Positions 1-12,011 of a stretch of DNA of 38,691 nt are shown here, in pieces. The translations under genes and the position numbers were made by a program. Each line of letters opens with the position of its first letter. Within the stretch, counting starts at the first letter, position 1. The DNA comes from Chiloscyllium plagiosum (lineage: Eukaryota): assembly GCF_004010195.1 (NCBI RefSeq), contig NW_025214056.1, forward strand, positions 1-38,691. The letters run 5' to 3'. The notes under the pieces are model-generated. The model saw only the letters and a program-made list of their open reading frames with translations. It made no database searches and had not been told where the DNA came from.

Positions 1-37
1 ATGAACCTACGCTGCACTCCCTCAATAGCCAGAAAAC

Positions 38-186
38 TCGATGTGTTTGTTGATAAGAGTTCCAGTTGGAATGCGATATGTTTGGCTTGTCCTGGGATGG
101 ATATATTGTCCCAGTCAAAGTGGTGTCCTTCCTTATCTGTATGTGAGGATACTAGTGAGAGAGGGTCATGTCATTTTGTGGTTAGC
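38..186 (-). mobile_element. Penelope-like element fragment (C-terminal part of GIY-YIG endonuclease region, decayed)
   Basis: Minus strand translates LTTK*HDPLSLVSSHTDKEGHHFDWDNISIPGQAK..., matching the 'H...GH.FDWDN..IL' motif downstream of the GIY-YIG core of Penelope ORFs; contains a stop and a deletion. Confidence 0.7.
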
Positions 187-299
187 TAGCACCTTATAAG
201 ACAAAATGTGCAATATTTAGAATTGATCGTTGAATTTTATAAGTAACAATTCAACAAATTTTATTCAACAATTTTATTTCTGATTGAGAATTTTTTTTG

Positions 300-680
300 T
301 TACTTATCCATTGAACTGAGTGGCACTGTTAAGGCCATTCTTTATTGTCCATCTCTAATTACTACACTAATTAGTAGTAAGTCATCTCTGGAACAGCTAC
401 ATTTCTTGTGGTGTAGGTACAAAATGTCATTAGGTATAGCGTTCCAGAATTTTGACCTAGCAACATTGAACGAATGGCAATATATTCCATAGTCAGAATG
501 CATGTGGTTTGGAAGGAAATTGCGGGTGGTGGTGTTCTTAGGTGAACCACATCTTTGCTGTTCTGGGTAATAGAAAACACAGGCTTGAAGGTGCTGCTGA
601 AGGAAGCTTGATGAAGTGCATTTTGGTGCACACCATTGCCCTCGTGTGTCTGGAGTGCATGTTTAAAGTGGAGGATGAGA
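300..680 (-). mobile_element. Old, degraded CR1-like LINE 3' fragment
   Basis: Resembles recurrent shark LINE 3' sequence (gttccagaattttgacctagc...aatggcaatatattcc); no intact ORF; boundaries approximate. Confidence 0.4.
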
Positions 681-716
681 TCAAAGGGTTTTTTATTTTG
701 ACTTTTTCTTTCTCAG

Positions 717-857
717 ACTCCAGGACCTGGTGCATATAAAGTCCCCGATCCCAATATGTACAAACAAAAACCACCTCATTACAGCATAACTGGCAGGAAC
801 CAACTACCCGGTGATTCAACAAGGAAACCAGGGCCTGGGAGTCACAGTCCAGAGAAG
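717..857 (+). CDS. ODF3: ODF3/CIMAP1A-family (SHIPPO1/PGP-repeat ciliary microtubule-associated protein), penultimate coding exon
   Basis: Acceptor ttttctttctcAG|ACT at 715-716, donor AAG|GTA at 858; 141 nt, phase 0/0; encodes TPGPGAYKVPDPNMYKQKPPHYSITGRNQLPGDSTRKPGPGSHSPEK, with two PGPG repeats colinear with the recalled ODF3 segment TPGPAAY...KPGPGAHSPEK. Upstream exons lie outside the window. Confidence 0.9.
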
Positions 858-1017
858 GTAATAAATATTAATCTCGCCGAACTGTTTGATCTATCCAGTG
901 AGATTGCCATGTTCATCCAAAACTGCTGCCTACCTTACACCAAATCCTATTCACCTATCACCCCTGCATTTGCTGACCTACATTAGTGAAGTAGTGCCTC
1001 GCCTTGTAAATTGTCAT

Positions 1018-1193
1018 AAAAGCAAATTACTGCGGATGCTGGAATCTGAAACCAAAAGAGAAAAATGCTGGAAAATCTCAGCAGGTCTGGCGGCATCTGC
1101 AAGGAGAGAAAAGAGTCAGTTAGACATCAGTTCTTTTCTCCCCTTACAGATGCTGTCAGACCTACTGAGATTTTCCAGCATTTTCTCTTTTGG
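1018..1193. mobile_element. Short fold-back Penelope-derived insertion
   Basis: Arms aaccaaaagagaaaaatgctggaaaatctcagcaggtctggcggcatctg / cagatgctgtcagacctactgagattttccagcattttctcttttggtt, an unpaired ~30-nt tail on the left, and flanking duplication ttgtaaatt(g/t)tcat at 1004-1017 and 1194-1207. Confidence 0.75.
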
Positions 1194-3095
1194 TTGTAAA
1201 TTTTCATTCTTGGTTTCAAAATCCTCCATCTCTGTTCCCTTTCCTATCCCAGTAATCTCTAATGTCCCGCAACCCACTAAGATATCTGAACTCCTCCAGT
1301 TCTGGCCTCTGTCACATCCCAGATTCCAATCCGTCCATTGTCGGTAGCTATGCCTTCAGTCTTGGTCCAAAGCTCTGGAATTCCCTCCCTTTCTCCCCCT
1401 TTATTTTTAATCACTTTTCAAAATCTATCTCTTGAATGACACCAACCTAATGTCTCCTTGGGTTTCTTAGTGCCAAGTTCTGATTGATAATACAACAGTG
1501 AAATATCTTGAGAAATTACACTATGTTAAAGAAGCGACATCAATACAAGTTATCATTAATTATTCACAGTAATGAGTTCAAGGCAGTGTCTATTTGTTAC
1601 ATCGTTCCACATGGGTTTCAATTCAGTGGTGACAAGGAAATAGCAATTAGCAGTAATAATTAAAGTCTAGAATCAGTGACAAATTCTAACAGTCTTGGAA
1701 ATTTAGAAGAAAATCTATAATTAGTAGAAACAACCAGTTTTTTCTTTGCAAATTGGGTATTCCCCCTTCAGATAGACAACATTCAGTTCACATAGATCAT
1801 AAAGAATCTGCTTCAATCATTCTGTATCAATTTGTTAAAAATAAAATGAAAGAATAATTTCTTAAAACAAGGTGCAATTGTAGATATGTAAAGAGCATTA
1901 GAGTGGATCCCATTGTGTAAGGAGATAAAGGAATGCCCAATGTCAAGGGAAAGAGCGTTCAGCATTATTGAGGAGTGCATTCTTCTACAAGTATTCATTC
2001 CACAGCAGTCTTTAGGGCAAAACATTTAAAGCATAAAATCCACAATGAAAGAATTGAAAGGACCCCTCAAGTATCCAAAGTAAAGCTCTCTTGCTGTAAC
2101 TGCCCACCATTGTAATCATGCGCTTAGTTTTAGTTGGAACAAAATACTTCATTGGTGACCAAGTGTGCAATTGTGCAGCTGAGGGAATTATGCACAACTC
2201 TCAATGGCAATAAATGACACAATGAAATTATGTTGAATTCTCAGTTCATTTTCAACCTATTTAATACGGTTAAGGAAAAGTGAACAGAAATTCTGCAAGA
2301 CAAAAGAAGAAAAAATAAATTTACAAAATTAAATCAAGTAAATAAAATTTCAGAAATGAATACAAGTAGGATACAGAAAATATCTGTAATTTGGATTCAC
2401 TTTCCCAAGATTGATTAAAACTGTTTAACTGCTCTATTAATTGCAGGGTGTCCATCTGTGACCCTGTTCCTTCTCCCAAGGCTTTTGATATAGTTTTATG
2501 GGGTTTGAAGAGGAGAATTGAGGAGTCAGCAACAGAAGATAATGCTTAAAATTCTCCTCAGAAGCTAAATTCAATTTGGTCATAAATGAAGAAGGTCTTC
2601 GGTATCTTCTTTGCACTCAAACCTTGTCTGATCAGAACGGATTGGTATATTGAAAAGCTCGTGAACCAATCTGCTATTTATACTTCTCATTTCCCAAGGA
2701 CTGAAATCTGGACAGTGTTAAGAGTCTGAAGGGAGATTAAAATTCAGAAATGTGTATAGCCTGCTCCCCACTAAAGCTACTTACCAAATAAATTCTGCAC
2801 TTGTAAAAGAGTAAGGGCGGACATGTACAGAACACAAATGCTAGCAGGGACCAATTTTACAGTTAGTCTGTTCCTGTGCTCTAAATTCTATCTAATATAC
2901 TGAATAGATTTCAAATGATTGTGGGACAGTGTTATTTTAATTCACTCTACAATCTGAGAACTTTTGCACAAAATAGTTTGTTTTGACTTAAACAGTCTTA
3001 GTTGTTTTAATGATCCAGAACAAAATAAACAATAAATGTGAAATGCTAATTTTCCTTGCCTGAAATTGACAGCAATGCTTCTGACTCTCACACAG

Positions 3096-3185
3096 GTTGT
3101 AGTAAATCGCAATCTAGCCCCTGCATTCTCCTTTGGCATCAGGCATTCAGAGTACCTGACACCAGTAATCGACAATATTGTGTAA
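3096..3185 (+). CDS. ODF3: ODF3/CIMAP1A-family terminal coding exon
   Basis: Acceptor ctgactctcacacAG|GTT at 3094-3095 (branch-like ctgac); encodes VVVNRNLAPAFSFGIRHSEYLTPVIDNIV* (TAA 3183-3185), matching the ODF3 C-terminal motif 'AP..TFGIKHSDYMTPL'; in frame with the 717-857 exon. Confidence 0.9.
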   Translation, partial: VVVNRNLAPAFSFGIRHSEYLTPVIDNIV

Positions 3186-3378
3186 CAACGCAAGTTCCTC
3201 GTAACTTATAAAATGTTATAAAACAATTATGTACAATTTGCCACATTCTGATCTAAGTTGCATCCCTTTGAAAACTTCCTGCACTGGTTTAAGAAGTTAC
3301 TATACTTACTGTATTATGTTTCAAACATTCTGTGGATACCATTTCAAGTCATGTATTCTTTTCAAAGAAATGAAGACA

Positions 3379-3570
3379 GTGACCACGTGATGGAGTCTGT
3401 GCTTGTGATGTCCCCACATTATGATGGGATGTGGATCTATTTTGTGACTCTTACGTACTATGTTGGGAAGTGGATTTCTCTGTGATTTCTGCTTATGGTG
3501 ATGGCACATGAGTTTGTGATTTCCCCACATAGTGATGGGAGGCATGCCCCTGTCTATGATTCACACATGC
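3379..3570. repeat. Degenerate minisatellite, ~34-40-bp unit (gtgatttccccacatagtgatggga...)
   Basis: About 5-6 units starting near 3379, 3405, 3444, 3482, 3516 and 3556. Confidence 0.5.
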
Positions 3571-3646
3571 TCACATCCTATTTTTACTCACGCCACTCTG
3601 TGTTGCAAAGTATAATCAGATATTTTCACAAAGAAGGAAAATAAAT

Positions 3647-3988
3647 TCTGGATGTAGGTTTGCTCGCTGAGCTGGAAGGTTCATTTCCAGATGTTTTGTC
3701 ACCCTAGTAAGTAACATCTTCAGTGGGCCTCCGGGCAAAGCACTGCTGATAATTCCTGCTTTCTATTTATATGTTTGGGTTTCTTTGGATTGGAAATGAC
3801 ATCACCAACCCAACGAAACCCAAACATATAAATAGAAAGCAGGAATTATCAGCAGTGCTTTGCCTGGAGGCCCACTGAAGATGTTACCTACGGGGGTGAC
3901 GAAACGTCTGGAAATGAACCCTCCAGCTCAGCGAGCAAACCTACATCTAGAACCTCAACCTGAGTTACAAATCTTCTCAAAACTTGCT
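3647..3988. mobile_element. Penelope-derived inverted-pLTR insertion with 12-bp TSD and hammerhead-like core
   Basis: ~145-bp inverted arms (3647-3793 / 3805-3952), a 36-nt unpaired tail (3953-3988), and TSD aggaaaataaat at 3635-3646 and 3989-4000. Confidence 0.85.
3872..3911 (+). ncRNA. Minimal hammerhead-ribozyme-like motif (Penelope type)
   Basis: cca-CTGAAGA-T-GTTACC(tacggg)GGTGAC-GAAA-CG-TC-tgg: 3-bp stem I, conserved core boxes, 6-bp stem II and a palindromic ACGT stem/loop III. Confidence 0.6.
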
Positions 3989-5304
3989 AGGAAAATAAAT
4001 GATAGGGTAAATCGTTGAATTAAATTGAGTAAACATTGGAAGGTACATTTCTCTGGAGAGAGAAATGCAAATACTGACTGGCCTGCTAAGTACTTCCAGC
4101 ATTTTCTGTTTTTATTTGACTTCCAGTTTCTGTCCTATATTTTACCTTTTAAATTGCTAGGTCTTAAAACTTCCCCAATACTTGCAATGCAGAAGTAATT
4201 TATTCTGACTTCATTTTGTAGCAAGTACTGGGAGGAGCAGCCAAAAACATCTGTTCAATCAAACTCTCAACCAGGCAGGCAAAGCAAAGAACAGAGCAGA
4301 GTAGTCAGTCACAGGCCCCATATGTCTACCAAAGTAGATCTGTGCTACAATCTTCTTTATCTGTGAATTAGCCTAAGAAAGATTATTATTCAGCACTGCC
4401 CCCAAATAGGATAGAAATAACACTGTGTACTCAGATAGACTGCAATTCCTCAAGTGACATAAGAATCCTTAGACCAGTATAACTTGGTGTGTCAGCTGGG
4501 ATATTATCACGGTCCACTCAGAGGCAAAACTGGTCAGGAATTTGAAACCAAGTTCTATTCTGCATATCTGCAATGAGTTGGGTTGCAAATGAAGGTTAAA
4601 CCTCTGAATTAAAGGAATAATGTAATTGCAATATCTTGAAATATTGAATAAACCATTTAGTAGGTTATTTTTGGTCTCATTTACTTTTTTTGTGGTTTTG
4701 TTATGACAAGGAGACAGACGGCTGAACTAAATCAGCCACTCTGCCTCTGTATTCAGAACACAATAAAATTAAAAGCTTGAACGACACATAAAATTGACTC
4801 CAATGGTTTCTAAACAGACCTTTAAATAACCAGACTGTGACTAATTAACTCCAGATACCAAATTGTATCTTAAACAAAAGATTTAGCAATGTATTAACAA
4901 TATAGTAACTTCTGCAGAACAAAAATTAAACAAAGTAATCTAATAGGTCTATGATTTAAACACAACAACTTTTGTTTTCAGCCCCATTCACTCAAAAGGT
5001 AGAGAACAAATACAATTAAGAGATAAAGAAAATAATAAAACTAGCCAGATTACTAAATGGTCTTCATGAAGTCTTAATCCACAGGCATGTATGATGGTTT
5101 ATTGGTTGATTTTCTAAGATATCGATAAGGGTCACCTTTTCAGTTCACTCAGACAAAGGCAGTAATACTTTATAACTTAGTTTTCTATTCTCAGGGCTTC
5201 TGAGAGCTGCTCATGCGAGGTTAGGCATGGAGCGTTCAAATCTTCACACTGCAGCATCAACAGCCAGATTTCCACCTTCCCAAAAACCACAATTCTAACA
5301 CTCA

Positions 5305-6035
5305 GTTAAGGTCACGGGGAGTGCTGCAGAATAAAGAGATCTTGGAGTGCAGGCTCATAGTTCCTTGAAAGTGAAGTCCTAGGCAGACAGGATAGTGAAG
5401 AAGGCATTTGATATGCTTTCCTTTACTGGTCAGTGTATTGAGTATATGAGTTGGAAGGTCAAGTTGCGGCGGTACAGGACATTGGTTAGGCTACTTTTGA
5501 AATACTGCATGAAATTCTGGTCTCCCTGCAATAAGATGTTGTGAAAATTGAAAGCGTTCAGAAAAGATTTAAAAAGGATGTTGTCAGGGTTGGGGGATTT
5601 GAGCTAGAGGGAGATGCTGAATAGGCTGAAGCTATTTTCCCTGGAGCGTCGGAGGCTGAGGGGTGACCTAATAGAGATTTATAAAATCACGGAGAGCATG
5701 GATAGGGTGAATAACCAAGGTCTTTTCCCTGGGGTGGGGGTGTGGGGGGAGTCCAAAGCGAGATGGCATAGATTTAAGGAGATAGGGGAAAGATTCAAAA
5801 GGGACCTAAGGGCAACTTTTCACACAGTGGGTAATGCATGAATAGAATGAGCTGCCAGAGGAAGTGGTGGAGGCTGTCCAATTATAACATTTAAAAGGTG
5901 TCTGGATGGGCATATGAATAGGAAGGGTTGCGAGGAATATGGGCAAATGGGACTAGATTAATTTAGAATATCTGGCCGGCATGAATGAGTTGGACCAAAC
6001 GGTCTGTTTCAATGCCATACAGCTCTATGACTCTA
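5305..6035 (+). mobile_element. CR1-clade (HER1-like) LINE 3' fragment
   Basis: ORF 5614-5841 (LNRLKLFSLERRRLRGDLIEIYKI) is the classic CR1 ORF2 C-terminus; ends in a ctctatgactcta tail. Confidence 0.9.
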
Positions 6036-6204
6036 ATTCAAACTCTGACCACTCTGACATCTCCTCCATGATTTCCCAGTTACCATACAACATCTAGCCC
6101 CAGCTTGACCATAAGATCTTTTCCAGTCTTGCTGGAACCAATTCCCAATTCCCCCACCCCCCCACCCCCAATTTGTCATTAAACAATGACAAATATTTAA
6201 AGCA

Positions 6205-6700
6205 ATAAAAACAGAAATTGTTGGAAAAGCTTAGCTGGTCTGGTAGCATCTGTGGAGGGAAATCAGAGTTAATATTTCAGGTCCAGTGAACCTTTCTCAA
6301 AATTAATGGTAGCTAGGAAAAGTTGTTGTTTTATGAAGTAGATAGGGTAGGGGGAGCGGGGTAAGGAGTAAATGATATGTGGAGTTAGAGCCCAAGGAGT
6401 GAGAACAGTTGGAGAATGAATAGCTACTAATTGGGACGATTAGTGGTTAACAATGGATTGTATGTAATAGCAGGCCATATAATAACAAGGCCTGGTGTGT
6501 GGGGTTGGCGTAAGGACATGTGAGAAAGTGCCTGAAGCCCTAAAATTATTGAACTTGATATTGAGTCCAGAAGGCTGGAAAATGAGGTGCTGTTTCTCCA
6601 GCCTTCGCCTGAGCACTGCAGCAAGCCCAAGACAGAGATGGTCAGGAAACAAGGTGGTGTGTTGAAGTGGTAGGCATCTGGAAGCTCACGGTCTTTTTTG
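6205..6700 (-). mobile_element. Penelope-like element 3' fragment (GIY-YIG C-terminus plus pLTR)
   Basis: Frameshifted ORFs 6427-6708/6440-6652 give KDRELPDAYHFNTPP...SVLGLLQC...RRLEKQHLIF.QPSGLNIKFNNF, typical of the PLE endonuclease C-terminus. The 6205-6300 end (aacagaaattgttggaaaagcttagctggtctggtagcatctg) is shared with the short hairpin elements. Confidence 0.8.
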
Positions 6701-6976
6701 CCTGCCACTTCAACACGTGGAAATCTTACAGCAATTGTATTCTACATTAGTCAGAGAACACCTGGTGTAATGTGTACATTTTTGGCCTCCAATCTCAAGG
6801 AAGGACAAGAATTCAATAGAAAGAATGTAACAAAGCCACTTCATATATGGCTGAGTGAGAATGGGCTCAACAAGGTCACGGTTGCCATTGTAAGTAACTG
6901 AGGGTGGGTGGGTAAACTAGATATAAAATAAACTATACACACAATCACAAGTTTAAAACATTTTGGGTGATCAATA

Positions 6977-6982
6977 TTTATT
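6977..6982 (-). terminator. Candidate BET1L polyadenylation signal (AATAAA)
   Basis: tttatt on + about 600 nt past the stop; followed on the minus strand by a GU-rich tract (ttgtgattgtgtgtatagtt, 6931-6950). Alternative hexamers at 7203-7208 and 7230-7235. Confidence 0.5.
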
Positions 6983-7573
6983 CTGAGAAAGATGAAAGCA
7001 ACACTAACAATTTACATACTTCACGACTACATATTTAGCAAAAAAAAATTTTGAAAAATAAATCCTCAAAATCAAAGATTAAGTCAATAAAGGATCATCA
7101 TCTTTGGAATTAATCATACAAAACATCCTTTGCAATATTTAAATTATGTCATGAAGCAATAAATCTAAAACATCCTTTTCTTAATAATTTTTAAAAATTA
7201 GTTTTATTTGGGTTGTATGGAGGCCCCAATTTATTCTCCTCGCTTCAAGTGAGAAATGGGGCTCTGATCCAGTTTTATGTTTGCATTCTCAGTGAAAGTT
7301 AATCAAGTTTTTGCACTGTACATCAGTGTGCACTATGAATTTCATGTCACAAGCACTATAGTGTCATATAAAATCATGTTCTCTCATCTCTCCCTGAAAG
7401 CTCATCTTCATTCCCAGACTGATCGAGGGAACCTCTTGAAATCTTGTTTTGTGAAGAAACTTTGGTGCAAAAGGAAGGGCAGTCAGCCTTTTTAGCAGTA
7501 TCCAAAGGAAGTTTGGCAAATATTCTCTGGTCACTGGATCTATTCCTCATCACACTGTCCGACTGTAAAAAGA

Positions 7574-7741
7574 TCAAGTCTGAATTCTCATGATAAGGAA
7601 GTACAGGATGAAGAAAAGAAGGACCAGCCCAATAGACATATAACACAACAGTTTCTTGTTGTCCCGACCAGATTTCACCATCGAGGAAAATCTCTTCACA
7701 CTTCCTGTCAAAAGTCCAGTAGCACTCAAAAAGTCAGAATC
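7574..7741 (-). CDS. BET1L: BET1-like Golgi SNARE (GS15), exon 4: end of SNARE motif plus TM anchor
   Basis: Acceptor ttttattgtgtggcAG|GAT; encodes DSDFLSATGLLTGSVKRFSSMVKSGRDNKKLLCYMSIGLVLLFFILYFLIMRIQT* (168 nt including TGA at 7576-7574). Confidence 0.97.
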   Translation of the reverse strand, partial: DSDFLSATGLLTGSVKRFSSMVKSGRDNKKLLCYMSIGLVLLFFILYFLIMRIQT

Positions 7742-8005
7742 CTGCCACACAATAAAAAAAACTTCAAGATTTAAAAAATAAACCTCTCACACCTAATTAA
7801 CTCCAATTAAATCTAGATTGGAACAATGGTCTGATATTTGAAGCTTCAGTGAACACATCCCAGTCCCTTTTGATGTCTAACTCTTTTCTGGCTTCTCATC
7901 TTTCGCTCTCTCAGCTTGGTTTCTCCACTCTCTCTTTAACTAACAGTACCAAAGGGCAGTGGTGCTCCATACTACTGAGCACCTTCTCAAGTTATTACAA
8001 CACAG

Positions 8006-8116
8006 GGAGAAAAAGTGAGGACTGCAGATGCTGGGGATCAGAGCTTAAAAATGTGTTGCTGGAAAAGCGCAGCAGGTCAGGCAGCATCAAAGGAGAAGGA
8101 GAATCGACGTTTCGGG
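8006..8116 (-). mobile_element. Truncated Penelope-derived short insertion (single arm)
   Basis: Same sequence family as 30603-30791; ends at gacgtttcggg(c); flanked by caacacag duplication at 7998-8005 and 8117-8124. Confidence 0.75.
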
Positions 8117-8254
8117 CAACACAGTCCAAGGGATAAATTGCATTCCTATCTTCCTGTAACTATTCCAATAACTTTTGAAGACATTCTTTTCCAAATATTT
8201 TTCACATCACATTTGCAACCTATGCTGGATTCAGCTTCTTTTACAGTTTCTGTT

Positions 8255-10330
8255 CAGACATTCCAGGCCCTTTGGTCCATCATATCTATGCCATCTCTGA
8301 TGCCAATCTAAACTAATTCCATCTGCCTCCACATAGTTCATATCCCTCTATTCTCTGCCTGTTCATGTGTCTGTCTAAATGCCTCTTAAACTTTGCTAAC
8401 ATTTTTGCTTCTACCACCCCACTATGGCAGTTTACTCTTGGCACCTAATACTCTGTGTAAAAAATGCTCCTTGCCCATCTCCTTTCAACTTGTCCCCTCT
8501 CACCTTAAACATATGCCCCTGAGTATTTGGTATTTCCACCATGGGAAAGAGACTCTGACTATCCACCCTATACATGCCTCTCATAAATTTTATATTCTTC
8601 TATCAGGTCACCCCTCAGACTCCAATGCTGCAGAGAAAACAATCCAAGTTTACCCAACCTCTCCTTAGAGTTAATACACGCCAATGCAGGCAATATTCCG
8701 GCAAACTTCTTCTGCATCCTTTCCAAAACCTCCACATCCTTGTATAGCAATGACCAGAATTGCAAATAGTACTCCCAAATGTGGCCTGAATAAAAAGTCT
8801 TGTATAGTTGCCACATGACTTGCCAACTTTTATGCTCAATGCCCTGACCAATGAAGCCAAGCATACTATCTACCTTCTTCACCAACTTATCCACTTGTGT
8901 TGCCACTTTCAGACAGCAATGGACCTGGAACCAAAGATCCCTCTGTCTATCAATGCTTCTGAAGGTCCGATAATTTACAGTATACTTTCCTCTTGCATCA
9001 CCTCACCTTGTCCAGGTTAAACTCCAACTGCTATTTCTCTGCCCAACCTTCCAGCTGATCTGCATCTTGCTGCATCCTTTGATATCCTTCCTCACTATCC
9101 ACAACACCAGCAATTTTCTTGTTATCTGCACATGTATTAATTAAATTATCTACATTTGGATCCAAGTCATATTACAAACAACAGAAGTCCCAGCACTGCT
9201 CCTTGTGGAACACCACCGGTCTTAGACCTCCATTCAGAAAAACATCCCTTCACAATGATCCTCTGACTTCAATGGCCATGCAAATTTTGTGTCCAACTTG
9301 CCAACTTAATCTCTTGCTCTTAATCTATGCATAAAATGCCTTGGATTCTCTTGAAATGTACTTGCCAAGAACATTCATGGCCCCTTACACTTCACAAAGG
9401 CTACTTGTTTTTGTTTCTTAAAACTTGCAATGCTTTTTTTTTGTCTAAAAACTTACAACATTTCTTGTCATCCAAGATTTCTGAACCTTGCCATCCTTAT
9501 CTTTCATCCTCAAAGGAACATACTGGCCCTGAAGTCTGGTCAACTGGGTTTTAAAATTCTTCACATCAGATGTAGATTTATCTTCAAATAGCTGCCCCAA
9601 TTCAACTATTCCAGTTCTTGCCTAATACTGTTGTAGTCTTTCCCCAATTTACCACTTTTATCCAAGGACCAGTTTTATCCTTTTCCATTACGACCTTAAA
9701 ACTTATGGAATTATGATGATTGCTCCCAAAATGCTGTCGCATGGAAAAGTTGATTACGTGACCAGACTCATTCCCCAATTCAAGGTTAACATAACCCCTT
9801 CCCTAGTTGGACTTATTGTTTCATGAACCCTTCCTGGATGCACCTAACAAATTCTGCCCCATCTAAGCCCCTAGCACTAAGGGAGTCCCAGTGAATATTA
9901 GAGAAGTTAAAAATCACCCACTACAACAACAACCGAGTTTTTCTTTTACATCTTTCCATGATCTGCTTATATATCTGTTCTTCTACTTTCCCCTGGCTAT
10001 TGGGAAGCCTATAATATAATCCTCGCATAGTGACTGCACCTTTCACATTCCTAAATTCTACACATCTGGCGTTGCTGGTTGGGCCCTTCAAGATGTCCTC
10101 ACTGATTCTCCTTAAATCAGTGATGCAACTCCCCAACTTCCTTTTACATCCTCTCTATCCTGACAGCAACATCTAAACCCTGGAACGCTGAGCTGCCAAT
10201 CCTGCTCTTTTCTCAAAGAAGTTTCTGTACTGGCTACCATATTCTAATCCATTGTATTAACCTAGACTGCAAGCTCATCTGCCTTATCCGTTATACCTGT
10301 GCATTAAAATAAATATACTTCAGACCACTA
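8255..10330 (-). mobile_element. Degraded CR1-clade LINE (RT C-terminal and APE endonuclease remnants, internally deleted)
   Basis: ORF 8568-8906 (ATQVDKLVKK...LGLFSLQHWSLRGDLIE) and ORF 9921-10136 (VEFRNVKGAVTMRGLYYRLPNSQ, APE-like 'G.YYRPP'). Confidence 0.85.
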
Positions 10331-10632
10331 GTCCCACTCTGTTCAATAACCTGGCACTGCCTGTTCCTCCTACTAGACATGAGTTAACTCCCCTCTTCTC
10401 TTCAATCACACTGCATGCTGATCTACTGCTGTGAGTTCACCCTCCACCACCTTAACAATAGAGTCCCTATCACTACTGCTTGCCTACACTTAGACTCTCC
10501 CTACTGTACAACTGTTGTCGTAGCTCTACAGAATTGCCAGTAGTTTCTCAACTTAGTATTTAGTCAGATAATCTCAATAAAACACTGTTTTCTCCATTTT
10601 AAAAATAATCATTGAAGCTTGTGTGGACTCAC

Positions 10633-10689
10633 CATGCCATCCAAATATCTATTCTGGTCACTAGCTTCCTGGTCAATATCCAGAGCAAT
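10633..10689 (-). CDS. BET1L: BET1L exon 3
   Basis: ttcaagcAG|ATT...ATG|GTGAGT; 57 nt encoding IALDIDQEASDQNRYLDGM (recalled human: LALDIDRDAEDQNRYLDGM). Confidence 0.97.
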
Positions 10690-10819
10690 CTGCTTGAACA
10701 GAGAATTGATTAAATTAACAAGGTACAAACAAATCATCTGACATGGACCACCGCTACAGGGGAATCATAAAATCTAATGCTAGAAACACAGTCACTGAAA
10801 ATTAGAATGTGCAACATGA

Positions 10820-11350
10820 GTCAGCTGGATTCAGAGATTGTACTCTTTCTTCGTAGTCAGAGGTTTCTGAGTTCAAGCCTCAGGAAGACATAAACACAAA
10901 ATCTATTTGTACTGGTGTGACTTCCGAGAGGGTGCACTGCACTGACAGAAGGTCTGTATTGAGGGAATGTTGCACTGTTGGACAGTTAATACTTACGCAA
11001 AGCTGTACAATTGGATGGGCAGATTTGAAGGCAGTGGCACATCTTTCGATAATCATTACTGAGGAAGTATCACATTTTCAAAGAGGCAACACTGAGGAAT
11101 TATTACACAGTCAGAGAGGTGGACTGGCTAGAGTGCTGTACTATTGTTGAACAGAACACTCCACTGTTGGTGACAGTACAGAGGGTGTGCAGGAGGATTG
11201 GAGAGGCAGTATTGAGGAAGTACCATATTATTAGGACAGTAGTTGAACGTGACAGTGACAAAACCTCAAAAGTATTTCTTTAACTGTAAAGTAGTTTGAG
11301 ACTATATGAAGTTGAGCAAGGCATCTTAGAAAAGCAAGTCTGTCTTTTAT
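10820..11350 (+). mobile_element. Old tRNA-derived SINE (SacSINE1/DeuSINE-like) with internal ~30-bp tandem expansion and L2-like tail
   Basis: B-box-like gagttcaagcc at ~10869; repeated cagtattgagg(g/a)agt...cactgttgg units; 3' end ctgtaaagtagtttgagac...aaaagcaagtc. Confidence 0.45.
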
Positions 11351-12011
11351 TTGCCATCTGCAAGATTTTGCTCAAAACTGTCGCTTTTACCCTCAAAGTC
11401 ACAAACAACCTTCTCTGACTGGGATGTATCATTCCTTAGCCTCTCTGTAGCTTTCAACAAGTTTTACCACACAAACATCCCAGAGTACCAATCCTGATAT
11501 CCAGGTACTAGGGACTGTCACCTTACACCTTCCATCATAGCCACAGCATGTTAAGCAATCACTTTATTTTACTAGTTATGGGAGACCCACCTCCATAATC
11601 TATCACTCCTTCATGTGATGTTGCCCATTGTGTACATCATCCTTAGACATAGCTCAATTTCAATAGTATTGTCAGATTATTTGTCTAACATCCAGCCTTG
11701 CATAAACACCAAATTCTAATTAAATCCTAGGAAAAAGTAAAATTATTTTCAGTACACATCAGTTTATACCCTGCTATCGGATTCCAGCTACCGTTTCAGG
11801 CTGAAGTGGAGGCAACATTAAATAACCAATCATGAGCTGTGTTTCTAACATCCATATCCTCTCCAGCACAAAATAATCTATATGTGTAACCACATCAACA
11901 ACCACTGAACACAAGACATGTGAGCACAGTGGACCATAATGTCTCTCCAGGCTGCTCTGCTATTTAATAAGATCACGGCTGATCACGTACATTAAATTTA
12001 ATTACTACAGA

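Noticed and set aside
756..986. 76-aa ORF as a stand-alone gene
   Set aside because: Its first 34 aa belong to the ODF3 exon; the rest is read-through past the 858 donor.
4700..5300. Possible solo LTR
   Set aside because: Texture is suggestive, but I could not define TG...CA termini or a TSD.
7374..7646. 90-aa minus-strand ORF
   Set aside because: Alternative frame overlapping BET1L exon 4 and the 3' UTR; no independent support.
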